In this document: in pieces, positions 25,991 through 37,919 of the stretch
Numbering within the stretch: the stretch's first letter is position 1
How the letters are laid out: each line of letters starts with the position of its first letter
Source: Octopus sinensis
Taxonomy: Eukaryota
NCBI RefSeq assembly: GCF_006345805.1
Contig: NC_043008.1
Location: 15,190,001-15,254,000, forward strand
Length of the DNA stretch: 64,000 bases
Reading direction: 5' to 3'
Position numbers and translations under genes: made by a program
The notes under the pieces: model-generated
Told to the model about the DNA's origin: nothing
Database searches by the model: none
Seen by the model: only the letters and a program-made list of their open reading frames with translations

Positions 25991-26403
25991 AGTTATTATT
26001 GTTATTACTATCATCTTCACCACCATCACCATCATCAGCAACATCACCATCACCATCATCATCTTCAATGACATTGTTTTATGCGTAGCCACAGCCACCA
26101 TCAACACTCCATTGTGTTGGAGAATGGGTGGTTAAAGAATTCATGTTCTTTGGGTCTATAAATAGCCACGGTAGATGGTGGAGACAAAGGACGTTAATGG
26201 TCAGTAAAAGGTCAAATCTGTTTACGTTTATTTATTTATTTTTTTTTTCCGTTCTCTTTTCTTCTTCACCACATGCATATTTAATTGTGTTGTTACAATA
26301 AAAGGTAATTTAAAAGGCAATTTTACACATTCTTATAGTCATGAGAGACGACTAAATGTAAATGTTCACACAGAATTGGAGATATTTATGTTTCTAATTT
26401 TTC

Positions 26404-26406
<3 letters not shown>

Positions 26407-26453
<47 letters not shown>

Positions 26454-27470
26454 GTGTTGTTATCATCATCATCATCATCATCATTTAGTAGTCTTGTTTT
26501 TATCACGTGCTTTTACTGAACTACCGACCGCAGCTCTGTGTCCCTTGGGTATGTGCAGTTGTTTCTTTACGTAGGATGTGTGCTGTGCCTAGTAGAGCTA
26601 TTTTTTGTATGTTATATATATTTGGTAGGCCTAATGTTTTTGTTATGTATTTGTCTGAATAGTTTTTGATATTATAACTAATGCTCCCACGCTGATTGGA
26701 ATTGTTTCTATTTTTAGACTCCACATTTGTGTTACCTCTATTTCCAAGTCTTTAGATTTTGGAAGTTTCTCCATTTCGTTTAGAGAAATGTTGTCATCTT
26801 TTGGTATTGATTCATCGATTAGAAAGCATTTCTTTTCTTGATGATCCTCTGGCAACTATAGCCGATCTATTGGCCTTAATTTCTCTATCTGTGTGTATTG
26901 CGATATCCCATAGTATGGCAGATTTCTCATTTTCTGTGATCTTTTCTGGTGTGTGCCTATACCATCTCTTTTCTGTTTGTTATTCCATAGTGTTGGCATA
27001 GCTTCCAAGGGTTGTATATCCCAACTCTGTCGTGTCTGTGAATATATTCATTCTAAGGCAGGAGTGGGCAACCAGAGACAATATAGTTTATTAATTCTTG
27101 TCCATATTCTGCAGTTAGTTGTTACGTTTCTTTTCATTATATGCTTTTGGTAATTTCTGATGGGGAGGCTTTGATCTTGTACTGCAATTAAAATTCCTTC
27201 AGTCTCTGCTTTGAGTCCTGAGCTTCTCAGCCATTGTTAGGATTTTGCTTTGTCTATTTTTTCTTGCGTTTAGTTTAACCCCGTATTTGTCATGAAGGGG
27301 GATTTCTTGCCATCGTTTTATCATAATCCGGTGCTGTTCCAGTTTCATTTTGGATTTCAGTTATTTTACAGCTTTTGTTGTTTCTTCTATTTCTTTATAG
27401 TTGTTAAGGTATTATGACATCTTTTTTGTATTTGTGACCTTCCTTAAAGACTAAAAACAGTTATTTTTTG
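26407..27470 (-). mobile_element. Second R4/Dong-type element, 5'-truncated, different subfamily
   Basis: EGILIAVQDQSL, ILWDIAIHTDREIKAN, CFLIDESIP and IQKIALLGTAHILRK across frameshifts; (TAA)n/(TGA)n tail at 26407-26483. Confidence 0.88.
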
Positions 27471-27526
27471 TTTTGTTCCTGTTTTGTGGTTATTTTGTGA
27501 CTTACCTTATTTTAATATACACACAC

Positions 27527-27634
<108 letters not shown>

Positions 27635-27659
27635 GTGTGTGTGTGTGTGTGTGTTTATA

Positions 27660-27862
27660 TACATGTATATGTGTGTCTGTGTTCTCCCCTCCCCATCGCT
27701 TGACAACCGATGTATTTACGCGCCTGTAACTTAGTGGTTTGGAAAAAGGATCCGATAGAAGTACAAGGTTTACAATGAATATTTCATGGGGGCGATTTTT
27801 GTTTGACTAAATGCTGTGCTCCAGCACGGCTGCAGTCAAATGACTGAAACAAATACAAGAAT
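27660..27862 (+). mobile_element. Family A-type SINE, 3' half
   Basis: GCTTGACAACCGATG...GCTCCAGCACGGCTGCAGTCAAATGACTGAAAC following a (CA)(TA)(TG) array. Confidence 0.85.
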
Positions 27863-28339
27863 ATATATATATGTGTGTGTGTGCGTGTGCATTTCTTTAT
27901 ATATGACACATCATGTATTGTCCATAAGGCTAAAAAAGCGAAAGGATCATCGTCGTCATCGCGACGATCAATAGTACAATTATTGTCAATGTTTCGACAG
28001 GGACAAGAGCATGTTCGTTATAGAAAAAGGGATGCATTCAAATAAGATATATATACTGAGAGAAGACAGTGACCATCATCTCATAGATTTAAGTTTAAAA
28101 TCATGAATTTCTATACGCTCACAACATAAAATCAAACATAGAGAAACATATAGACACATGAAGACCCCACCCTGCATATACGTACACAGTCACATACAAG
28201 CAGAAACACACATATACGTACGTATAGGCCTGTGTTGTATCAGACAGTTTTGTATATGTGTGTATATGCGTTTGTGAGTGCATCTGTATAAACGCGTTAT
28301 AAGATGTCTTATTCGCAATTCTCTTCTAACTACATGATT

Positions 28340-28340
28340 T

Positions 28341-28396
<56 letters not shown>

Positions 28397-28579
28397 AAAT
28401 AATTTTACTCCATTACCTTGCATCGAAAAAAGAAGATTTTGAGTTGTTTCGATATCCAGAGGAAGGATGTGATATTTCTCTGAATTCTCAAGAATTGTTT
28501 CCTTACTTGGTATCTTGCGAAAAGCACTTAATCGTAAGTCTGTCTGTGTGTATATATACATACATACAAACATATATAA

Positions 28580-28634
<55 letters not shown>

Positions 28635-28724
28635 ACACTATGCGTGCACACATTCACACACACAAACATATATATACACATATATATTCATATATATACA
28701 TACATACATACATATATATATATA

Positions 28725-28822
<98 letters not shown>

Positions 28823-28870
28823 CATATAGACACATTATATATACGCAACACACACACTCACACGCACACA
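28340..28870. repeat. (TA)n/(CA)n microsatellites
   Basis: Read directly. Confidence 0.93.
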
Positions 28871-29149
28871 CATATCTGTTTGATATTGATTTTCTCATCA
28901 TAACATCTTTAAGAAATGATGGTAAAATATAGGAATATTTATCTCATTGCTTTTCTTTCCTTTTTTGCTAATGTATGGGAGCATGGGGTCAGAAAAAATC
29001 ACTTTATCAGGGTCAGAGTTTGAAGCAGTTTACTTGGGTCATATATAAAACTGTACTTAGTACAAAGGTAGTTAACTCGTCTGTTATTCGAGTTTCAGCT
29101 AAGCGAGTGTTTACTGCATTTAGTGTATAATGCAAAATGCATTACCAAC

Positions 29150-29350
29150 TTATATTGCCAAATATGTGGTAAGAAGTTCGATTCTCAGGCACGTGGTTCA
29201 GAGATGAATCCCATCATGTGGACCCTTGGTCACGTTGGTCATGTGAACCCTTGGTCACGTGGACCCTTGGTCATGTGTTCCCTAAAATAGCCTCAGGGTG
29301 ACCAAAGCCCTATGAGTAGATCTAGTAGACGGAATCTGAAACACACCTTT
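29150..29350 (+). mobile_element. Diverged family A SINE 5' half with internal micro-duplications
   Basis: GTGGTAAGAAG...GTG(G/A)ACCCTTGGTCA three times, then GTGAC...AAAGCCCTATGAGTAGATCTAGTAGACGGAA. Confidence 0.7.
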
Positions 29351-29461
29351 CGAATGTGTGTGTATGTATATATATATATATATAAATATATGCACATACA
29401 CACACACACACAGACATATATGTCATATACATATATGCATTATATATATGCACACACATAT

Positions 29462-30040
29462 ATACAGGGTGCGTAAGTTATTTGAGGCCATACCATTTTG
29501 GGGTCATTGCAGCAATTTTTGCTAAATCTGTATAATCTTTGTTTCAAAAAATGATAATGGCAAACTCTCAGCTTACTTAAGAAATGAAGAGGCATGATGT
29601 TACTCTTATTATATAGGCCAAGCATAGCGATTTTGAAATATCTCGATCTTTTAAAGTTGCCAGATCTTTCGTCTACACATTTTTTAAAGAGCTAGAGACT
29701 GAAGTTGGAAATGTATCACCACTGCCAAAACATACAAAACATTCTAAACGCTCTAAAATTATCAGAGCACTTGAATTTATCAAACAAATTCAACAGAGCA
29801 TTGATTACAGTCCCAGAAAGTCAATGAGGTCAATTGCAAACGATCTCCATATGTCAGAAGGAACAGTTAGAAATGTTGTTCAGGAAGACATCAAATATGT
29901 CTTATATGATGAAGAAAGTTCAAATTGTCAGAAAAAGCAACTACCGAACACATTTTTTAAAGGCTTTTAGAGAAAATTTCCCAAGGCCTCACAGGTACTT
30001 CATCATCAACAAATCATCTGTGAAGCCTTCCCCAATTTAA
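29462..30040 (+). mobile_element. Tc1/mariner-superfamily fossil, 5' part (HTH region)
   Basis: Starts TA-CAGGGTG (TIR-like). Translation EMKRHDV...EISRSFKVARSFVY...SPRKSMRSIANDLHMSEGTVRNVVQEDIKY is typical of Tc1/mariner N-terminal HTH domains. The catalytic domain is absent. Confidence 0.78.
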
Positions 30041-30203
30041 GATGAATCATAGGCTCTGTAATTTTGAAATTCTTAGTATTGCTTCGATGTTGAATTTTTT
30101 GATGAGAAATGCATTAAATATATTATAATACTCCTTTCGGAGTGGTTTATATTGCAATGCTTTTGAATTGTCGAAACTATCCGATTTCACATCTTTAATC
30201 GGA

Positions 30204-30237
<34 letters not shown>

Positions 30238-30536
30238 ATATATGTATATATATATTCATACATATATATATGCATGTATATATGCATATATATGTATAAA
30301 CACACACACATATGTATATATATATATGGACGTCACATGGAAGTCACACGCACACATACACACACACCCACGTGCACACGCACGCATATCATTAGAAATT
30401 TTAAAATTCACGTTGGAATCCCGGTTGTTACTCGAAGCAGCGACATATTTACAGCTACTAAGGAAAATAGCAATAATAATAATAAATTTTCGACAGACCA
30501 AAATCGAACATGACCGTGTGTGTCTCTACGTCCTTG

Positions 30537-30574
30537 TAGTCAGACGAAGGATCGTGATTCGAAACCGCTCACTG
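30537..30574 (+). ncRNA. Degenerate minimal hammerhead-like motif (U4A, stem III mutated)
   Basis: UAGU-CAGACGA-A-GGAU-CGUG-AUUC-GAAAC-CGC-UC-ACUG: stems I and II pair; stem III is one change away from palindromic ACCGGU. Confidence 0.4.
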
Positions 30575-30704
30575 AACAAAAGAGGTCACAACTAACCAGA
30601 ACCACATCCCAGTTCGTAGGGTATATGAAGGCCAACCAATTCTGTACGTTGCTAAATGTCCAAATGCTGATAATTGCTGAAACGTAATCTTAACTGCATT
30701 ACTC

Positions 30705-31100
30705 TTTACTCTTTTACTTGTTTCAGTCATTTGACTGAGGCCATGCTGGAGCACCGCCTTTTAGTCGAGCAAATCGACCCCAGGACTTATTCTTTGTAAG
30801 CCTAGTACTTATTCTATCGGTCTCTTTTGCCGAACCGCTAAGTTACGGCGATGTAAACACACCAGCATCGGTTGTTAAGCGATGTTGGATGGACAAACAC
30901 AGACACACAAACACACACATATACATATACATATATACGACGGACTTCTTTCAGTTTCCGTCTACCAAATTCACTCACAAGGCTTTGGCCGGCCCGAGGC
31001 TATAGTAGAAGACACTTTGCCCAAGGTGCCACACAGTGGGACTGAACCTGGAACCATGTGGTTGGTAAGCAAGCTACTTACCACACAGCCACTCCTGCAT
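30705..31100 (-). mobile_element. Family A SINE (full length)
   Basis: Colinear with 636-1080 and 34309-34751. Confidence 0.94.
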
Positions 31101-32678
31101 TCAATATTTTGTGATATCTGTTGAATAACAGGAAACGCATTTCTCTTAGCTACATAATAATTCTGAAACACTGATGAACATCGTTAAATTTTCATAGTTC
31201 TTAAATTGAATCTTCTTTTCATGTACTTCCACACAAATTTATAGAAGTTATTGATCGAACTAACATCAATTCTAATTTCATTCGTTAAAAAGAGAACGTG
31301 TAATGTTGATTGTATTAATCCTAGCATAACACTGTACTTCTTAACAACCCGGGATGGATAGGAATCGAAATCAATGCCAAGAGTAGTTGAACTCTGAAAT
31401 ACGAAGCTCAGAACTAAATATCGTGCGATATTTATTTTGCCAAAATCATGTCTAAATCTGATTGGAAATTGACGTTTAGTTCAATAGAGTATAGTTTACA
31501 CATTTGTGATCAAACATACTTCAAACCAGAGAAAACGAATTAACAGAATTAATGCAGATCTCAATTATAAATTATGTTCAAAGCCACAATCAAGTGATCG
31601 GTGACCTCCCTTATTGCCAAAATTATCAATTCCCCTTCATGGCCATATGTTAATATTCCAAAGAGCAATCCCCGAAGAATTGTTGCGACGACACCGATAA
31701 AATGGCTGCCTGTTATGTTTGACTGAACATTTACTCATAAATTATCCTATAGCAATATCTCAAAGAAATATCTAACTACAATTTGCATGTGCCACGACAG
31801 AAATACAGACTACATGTAGTCACTGTAATAGAAAACTACAGTCCCCTGTTTCAGCAAATTAACATTAAAAGCAACTCAGTGATAAGAACTAATTTTTCAA
31901 TAATTCTCTTGAAGCTTATCTAAACTATTCTATCAGTTTAAAACAGCCTTCAAAAGCTCCTAATGTAATGCTAAGGCTATTAACATCTTTACATAGTCAT
32001 GCTCGAATCGAACGGAACATGTCACAAAGAAAATAATTTAGTGAAGCTACAACTAATTCAATGAAGCAGTATGTTAATATTTCCAAATCTCTTAATCGGG
32101 TTGCATTGTTTAAATGTATTTTTACTCCCCCTCCTAAGCGGTATTAGTGTTACAGAGTCAAACTTTATCGAGGTGACTCATTTCACCCTTGTATATTACT
32201 GCTTCTCATTTTGTCAAAACTAAAGATAAAAGGCAACATTGAAGCTAGCACTATTTGACTAATTCAGAACAGAGGGAGAGAGAGATGGGTGAACCTCTAC
32301 TGAGTCGTTCGAAGTGTTCGAAACACCAGTTATATTCCCATCAAATCTATTTGTAACGTCTCAGAAGATGATAGATTAGTTAAGGTCTTCTGGCGTGCCT
32401 AGTCTCTAAAATGGGTGGGGTGATCACCTCAGGAATACCCTTGATCATAGCTCTGCTATGCAGAAATTGTATGGACTCTAAAACATCAGTCCATCAACAT
32501 GAACATTAATTCGAAGTCTGTACCATTTTAGCTAGCGAGCTACGTACCTCACGTAATGATGTTGTGCATATTTGTACAAGGACAAACATTAATAAGACAG
32601 GGTAGGGTCGATTGAATCTGTACCTTTATTATTATTATTATTATCATTATTATTATCATTATCATTATTATTATAATT

Positions 32679-32713
<35 letters not shown>

Positions 32714-32729
32714 CATTATTATTATTATT

Positions 32730-32859
32730 GAGTGAGAGAGCAGTGCATGTCATCAAAGTGACACTGGGGTAAAATATACGAAGCCCAGTATACCCATCAT
32801 GACTACCTGTCTGATAAGGGTACAGTAGGCACATGCATCAGAACCATATGTGTGGGGCA

Positions 32860-32860
<1 letters not shown>
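32730..32860 (-). mobile_element. Short retroelement 3'-end-like insert within (TTA/TCA)n array
   Basis: A 131-bp non-repetitive block (GAGTGAGAGAGCAGTGC...GGGGCAT) lies between two TAA-type arrays. Identity as a retroelement 3' end and its strand are inferred from context. Confidence 0.5.
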
Positions 32861-32925
<65 letters not shown>

Positions 32926-33769
32926 TATTATTATTATCATAATTATTATTATCTACATTATTTCACCGGTATAAATGAAGCACACGGCCGAAACGAAAAC
33001 CAGAACGCTAGATATCAAGAGTGAATAAATGCTGTTATTCTACGCTTGAAAACAATATGTGCGAGTTTACAAAGTACAGTGTGTCTGCTATATTTTGGAA
33101 GTTTAGTCTCTTCTCGAACCTGTATAAACTAATTAAATAATCTCGGAACTCGAATCAGAAGACTTCGTCAACATTTTTATCTGATACACTTAGCTATTTC
33201 TCTGAAGGCAGTTATTAAAATTCTAAGGGAAGCTGAATGAAGTATTTTCCTCTTCATTTTTTCTTATGCTGTTTAACGCTACATGTACTGTTGATGACTG
33301 GATGTTCGTGGTACTGTTTTGCTTATCTCTACAATCCAAAGAACTACACCAGTGAGAATAGATCTGCCTGGAAAGTCTATCGAAGCCAGATTAGAAGAAA
33401 TGAGAATTGCTATCTGAAATCCTTGGGAACTGCACGATGGATATATAGTATCAGTGGAGGAATTGATTAAGATATGATCAAAAGCAAACCAACTAGATAC
33501 AGGAAAATGGAATAGCATAGAGTGCATTGACCAGGATTACATATTTCTCATCATAAACATTTCTAGCTGTTATTAACTACAAAAAATTTAGAATCCAAGT
33601 AAGCTCGACTAGAATTATGTAAACTAAATTAGTTCACTCAAGAACCGGAACTAAGATACGCTCTACAGTGGTTGCGAGATTGCTTTTTGGTTTAGGACAT
33701 TTGAAAACTATTCAACAAATAATTTCACTTTCGATGTGATCAGAGTTCAAATCCCGTCGTCGAAATTAG

Positions 33770-34283
33770 TGTACACCAATCGGATATTGTGGTGAGTATA
33801 GTCAATATTACTTTCCCACAAAATGTTCCCCTTGTGTATATGTCAGCAACCAATATGAATTTCAGTGCCAAAAAGGGTGTTGTCGTCTTTACATAATAAA
33901 AAGCACAGCTGATTCTAAAATCTTTGATATGGTGATGTTAGTTCTGAATGTACAACTTCTGTTGTAAATGATACAGAATTAAACATTTCAACATCTAATG
34001 AGTATTCTCTTGTGTACGAGACATCTGCAATTTCAGAATCAACAGAAGCAGTGGATGGCCTGGAATAGAATACTCCTGTAGTAACAGATGTCTTCATCTC
34101 AAAAACTTGCTCTTCCTCCACTGAGCCAACTGAGCCTACTCTGATGCTAAGCTCCTCTGTGACCGGATCTGAGTCATCCACTGTAAAATGCCCATTTTCT
34201 CTACTAATGAGATTGAAAGTTCGACTGTGATTTCTGAATCTCCTGGTCTTGAATCTGAGAGCAATGAGATCGTATATGACTGA
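33770..34283 (+). pseudogene. Decayed coding-like segment: Cys-rich module followed by Ser/Thr/Glu-rich mucin-like stretch
   Basis: CTPIGYCGEYSQYYFPTKCSPCVYVSNQYEFQCQKGCCRLYIIKSTADSKIFD /fs/ GDVSSECTTSVVNDTELNISTSNEYSLVYETSAISESTEAVDGLE* (34066-34068) NTPVVTD...SESSTVKCPF /fs/ STNEIESSTVISESPGLESESNEIVYD*. Confidence 0.5.
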
Positions 34284-34308
34284 AGGTACTAAAAATATCA
34301 GCTATAAT

Positions 34309-34480
34309 AGGCGCAGGAGTGGCTGTGTGGTAAGTAGCTTGCTAACCAACCACATGGTTCCGGGTTCAGTCCCACTGCGTGGCACCTTGGGTAAGTGTCT
34401 TCTGCTATAGCCCCGGGTCGACCAATGCCTTGTGAGTGGATTTGGTAGACAGAAACTGAAAGAAGCCTGTCGTATATATG

Positions 34481-34511
<31 letters not shown>

Positions 34512-34751
34512 TATATATATGTGTGTGTGTGTGTTTGTGTGTCTGTGTTTGTCCCCCTAGCATTGCTTGACAACCGATGCTGGTGTGTTTACGTCCCCGT
34601 CACTTAGCGGTTCGGCAAAAGAGACCGATAAAATAAGTACTGGACTTACAAAGAATAAGTCCCGGGGTCGATTTGCTCGACTAAAGGCGGTGCTCCAGCA
34701 TGGCCGCAGCCAAATGACTGAAACAAGTAAAAGAGTAAAAGAGTAAAAGAG
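34309..34751 (+). mobile_element. Family A SINE (full length, TATAAT TSD)
   Basis: TATAAT at 34303-34308 and 34752-34757; triple AAAAGAGT tail. Confidence 0.95.
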
Positions 34752-34770
34752 TATAATCTCCAAATCACAC

Positions 34771-35416
34771 CATGCCGACTTGCAAAATAGAATGGTACAT
34801 TGGAAGAAATATTCTTAGATATATTTAAAAAGAGAGAGGATGGTTCCGGTTGGAACGCTTTTGATAAGAGGCCTGATTTCTGAGTAATGATTTACATCTC
34901 AACAGCAACAACAGCTGTACGGATAGTTATATTACTCTCTGATACCAATCAAATGACATTGACAAGCCAATGGTATAGCCTTTATGTGACTATTCGTTTT
35001 GTTAGAAATAGCAACCAAATTTCCCCCAACTCTCACTATGATGTCTTGAAGAGGAAGGATGCATAGAAAGACAAGTTCATCTCGGTTGACTGTCCATACC
35101 GACTTGCAAAATAGAATGGTACATTGGATGAAATATTCTTAGATATATTTAAAAAGAGAGGATGGTTCCGGATGGAACGCTTTTGATAAGAGGCTTGATC
35201 TCTGAGTAATGATTTACATCTGAACAACAACAATAACTGTACGGATAGTTATATTACTCTCTGATACCAATCAAATGACATTGACAAGCCAATGGTGTAG
35301 CCTTTATGTGACAATTCGTTTTGTTAGAAATAGCAACCAAATTTCCCCCAACTTTCACTATGATGTCTTGAAGAATAAGGATGTATAGAAAAGACAAGTT
35401 CATATCGGCTGACTGT
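34771..35416. repeat. Tandem duplication, 324-bp period, two copies
   Basis: CCGACTTGCAAAATAGAATGGTACATTGGA starts at 34775 and 35099; the copies differ by scattered substitutions. Confidence 0.95.
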
Positions 35417-35704
35417 TTTTTATCATAAGTTTACTCGTTTAGAGCTAAGCAGGGAGGCGAACAAAACGAACACTTTTTTGTGGATGGGCTAAGAAAAGAA
35501 ACCGCTATGCAGTTAGTTAACGTCATCGAAGATTTATCCTCATCGAATCATACCATATGGCAAAAAAGAAACGAAAAAAGAAAATAGTAAACATCGAATA
35601 TTATAGTTTTAGACACACTATGCCCAAAACATAACAAAAAATTATGGGATATTAATGTGCAGAATGCTTTTGATCATGACTGTACTTGCTAAGAACCCAC
35701 AGTG

Positions 35705-36052
35705 TCTAACCACCACCATCACCACCACAACCACCAGCACCGTCACCACCGTCACCACCGTCACCACCGTCACCACCACCACAGCCACCACCAGCGCTAC
35801 CACCACCACCACTAACAAGAACAACAACAACCACCACTACCAACAACAACAAAAACAACCACCATCAACCACCAGCACCGTCAGCACCGTCACCACCACC
35901 ACAGCCACCACCACCACCACACCACCACCACCACCAACCACCACTAACAAGAACAACAACCACCACCACCAACCACCACTAACAAGAACAACAACCACCA
36001 CCACCACCACCACTAACAACAACAACGACAATAACAACAACAACAACAACAA
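35705..36052. repeat. Compound (ACC)n/(AAC)n trinucleotide array
   Basis: Read directly; source of the poly-Thr/poly-Val ORFs. Confidence 0.93.
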
Positions 36053-37535
36053 TTAAACGGCATTACTGATCAATTAGAGCTTACCCGATTTAAATTGGGG
36101 CCCATGAGGACATTAACAATACGTTTAGGTGAAATAGCTATAAGTGCCAGAGATGCACCACCGGGGCCGTTGAATCGATTATGCTTCCGCCGTTACAAAT
36201 TTATCAGCGAGTGCAAAGTTATGAATTCAATATATAATTTCGAAACACTAAAGTAACTTTCTAGTTTGGAAGAATAAAAAAAAAAACATTAGCTGGAAAC
36301 CTGTCAGACTTTTGTTTATATATTAAGATATACTCATCTGAATCTCATTTAATTCTTGCACATAGGTGTCGGATTATTACATTTACACAAGACAGCTGAT
36401 ATTGAAATTGTTGCCATGATTAATAAGAAGAAAAAGAAAATCCCGAACTAAAATCAATATTTGTATATAAGAATAGGAAAAATATAACAGCCAAGATTTT
36501 TAAACTTTGTTAAGTCCTCAAGTTTTCGTACACGAGAAGGTTATCAATGTGATGCGGTTTATAATATCCTTACTGAGAGACGTTCGTTCTCGTTGCTATA
36601 CTGTATCATTAAACTAAGATGAAAAGAAGAGGAAGGAGAGGAGAAGAAAAAATACGAAGAGGAGAAGAAATAGAAGAACTAAAAAAATAATAATAAAAAG
36701 CCTTGTTTCACTAAAACACTAAGTGGCTCTTTGAAAAGCGCTGTTAAAGGAAAGTAAGATTTGGTACACAAACATTACGAAAAGGCCAAGCTAAACAGAG
36801 AGATCAAAAGTATATTGTTCGATTAGTAGTAATTTTAGTCGTTATTTTTCATTGCTGAGAAGAAATCAATAAGGAAAAATGTATTAAAAGAGTTATAACT
36901 GCAGGCAAACGCATGCAACTGCATCACGAATCAAACAAGATAGTGAAGTAAAATACCAAAAGGATAAAACAGATTTCTATTAGAACATCAAAGATATGGT
37001 TTTTTTTTCCTTTAATTTTTCTTTAATTTCAAATTCAGTTGATTTTATTTCTCTCTCACGTTAATGTCGGACTGTAAAAAAATAAGATTCCTACTACTAT
37101 GTTTAAGTTAGGACGTAATAATTGTCACTAGTTTATAATAACCTAAAAATCAACAGACCAATGTAACTAACCACAAACAAACAAAGCATTTATATTTAAG
37201 ATAAATCAAGGGATCCGTTTAAGAGAAACAGAAGCCAACAAACTAAATATAATTAATAATAAAAAATCATTATTTGCGCTGTTAATGGCGAGATCTGAAG
37301 CGATTAATTTTACATTTAGTCTTAATACGTTCCGGTACATTCGAATAAAAAAATAAGTTAGTGACTGTTGTGTAGGTCACAGAAGAACAGTTTCTCACTT
37401 TTACGACGCAAATCTCTTCGTACCACATTCGGATCATTGGTGTAAGGGATTCTGGGACACCGGTGTTTCGATATGTTATGTCTTCTTAGTAACAATTACA
37501 TGAAACTTTGAGTCCAAACAAGAGCTGGCTGGACT

Positions 37536-37623
37536 GGAACTTGGCACGACAGGATTGGAACTTGGCACAGCGGGATAGGAACTTGGCACGCATGCGTTAG
37601 ATCCGAGATCTAAACTCGGAACG
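37536..37623 (+). repeat. 21-bp period repeat of GGAACTTGGCAC (three copies plus one degenerate)
   Basis: Copies start at 37536, 37557 and 37578; degenerate AAACTCGGAACG at 37612. Confidence 0.85.
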
Positions 37624-37919
37624 CAAAGAGTTTAAGAAACACACAGCAAAGAAGCCCGTGCGCTGGTTCAGCACAAGAGATTAGTACTTCCTTTTTTTGA
37701 TCTCGTTAAGAATGAAAATCAATGTATTCGCCGGCCGGATTTGAAATCAAACTGCAAGAAACCGGGTGGAAAAGTATTTAGGCTGTGTGTGTGCGTATGT
37801 GAGTGAGTGTGTGTGTTTGTGCGTATGTATGTATGTATGTATGTGTGCGCGTATGTGTGTGCGCTTGTGTGTGTGTGTGTGTATGAACAGCGCCCTGATC
37901 ATCCATCAAAGGCTCAAGA

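Noticed and set aside
34066-34068. UAG-to-UGG rescue by A-to-I editing
   Set aside because: Two frameshifts in the same segment would remain, so editing alone cannot restore the ORF.
33915-34181. Minus-strand 88-aa ORF as a gene
   Set aside because: Better explained as the antisense shadow of the + strand S/T-rich frame, which continues a Cys-rich module.
35655-36056. Thr-rich 133-aa ORF resembling a mucin
   Set aside because: It is entirely an (ACC)/(AAC) trinucleotide array, with no splice or domain support.
37536-37589. CRISPR-like array
   Set aside because: Repeats are 12 bp with 9-bp related spacers, there are no cas genes, and the context is eukaryotic.
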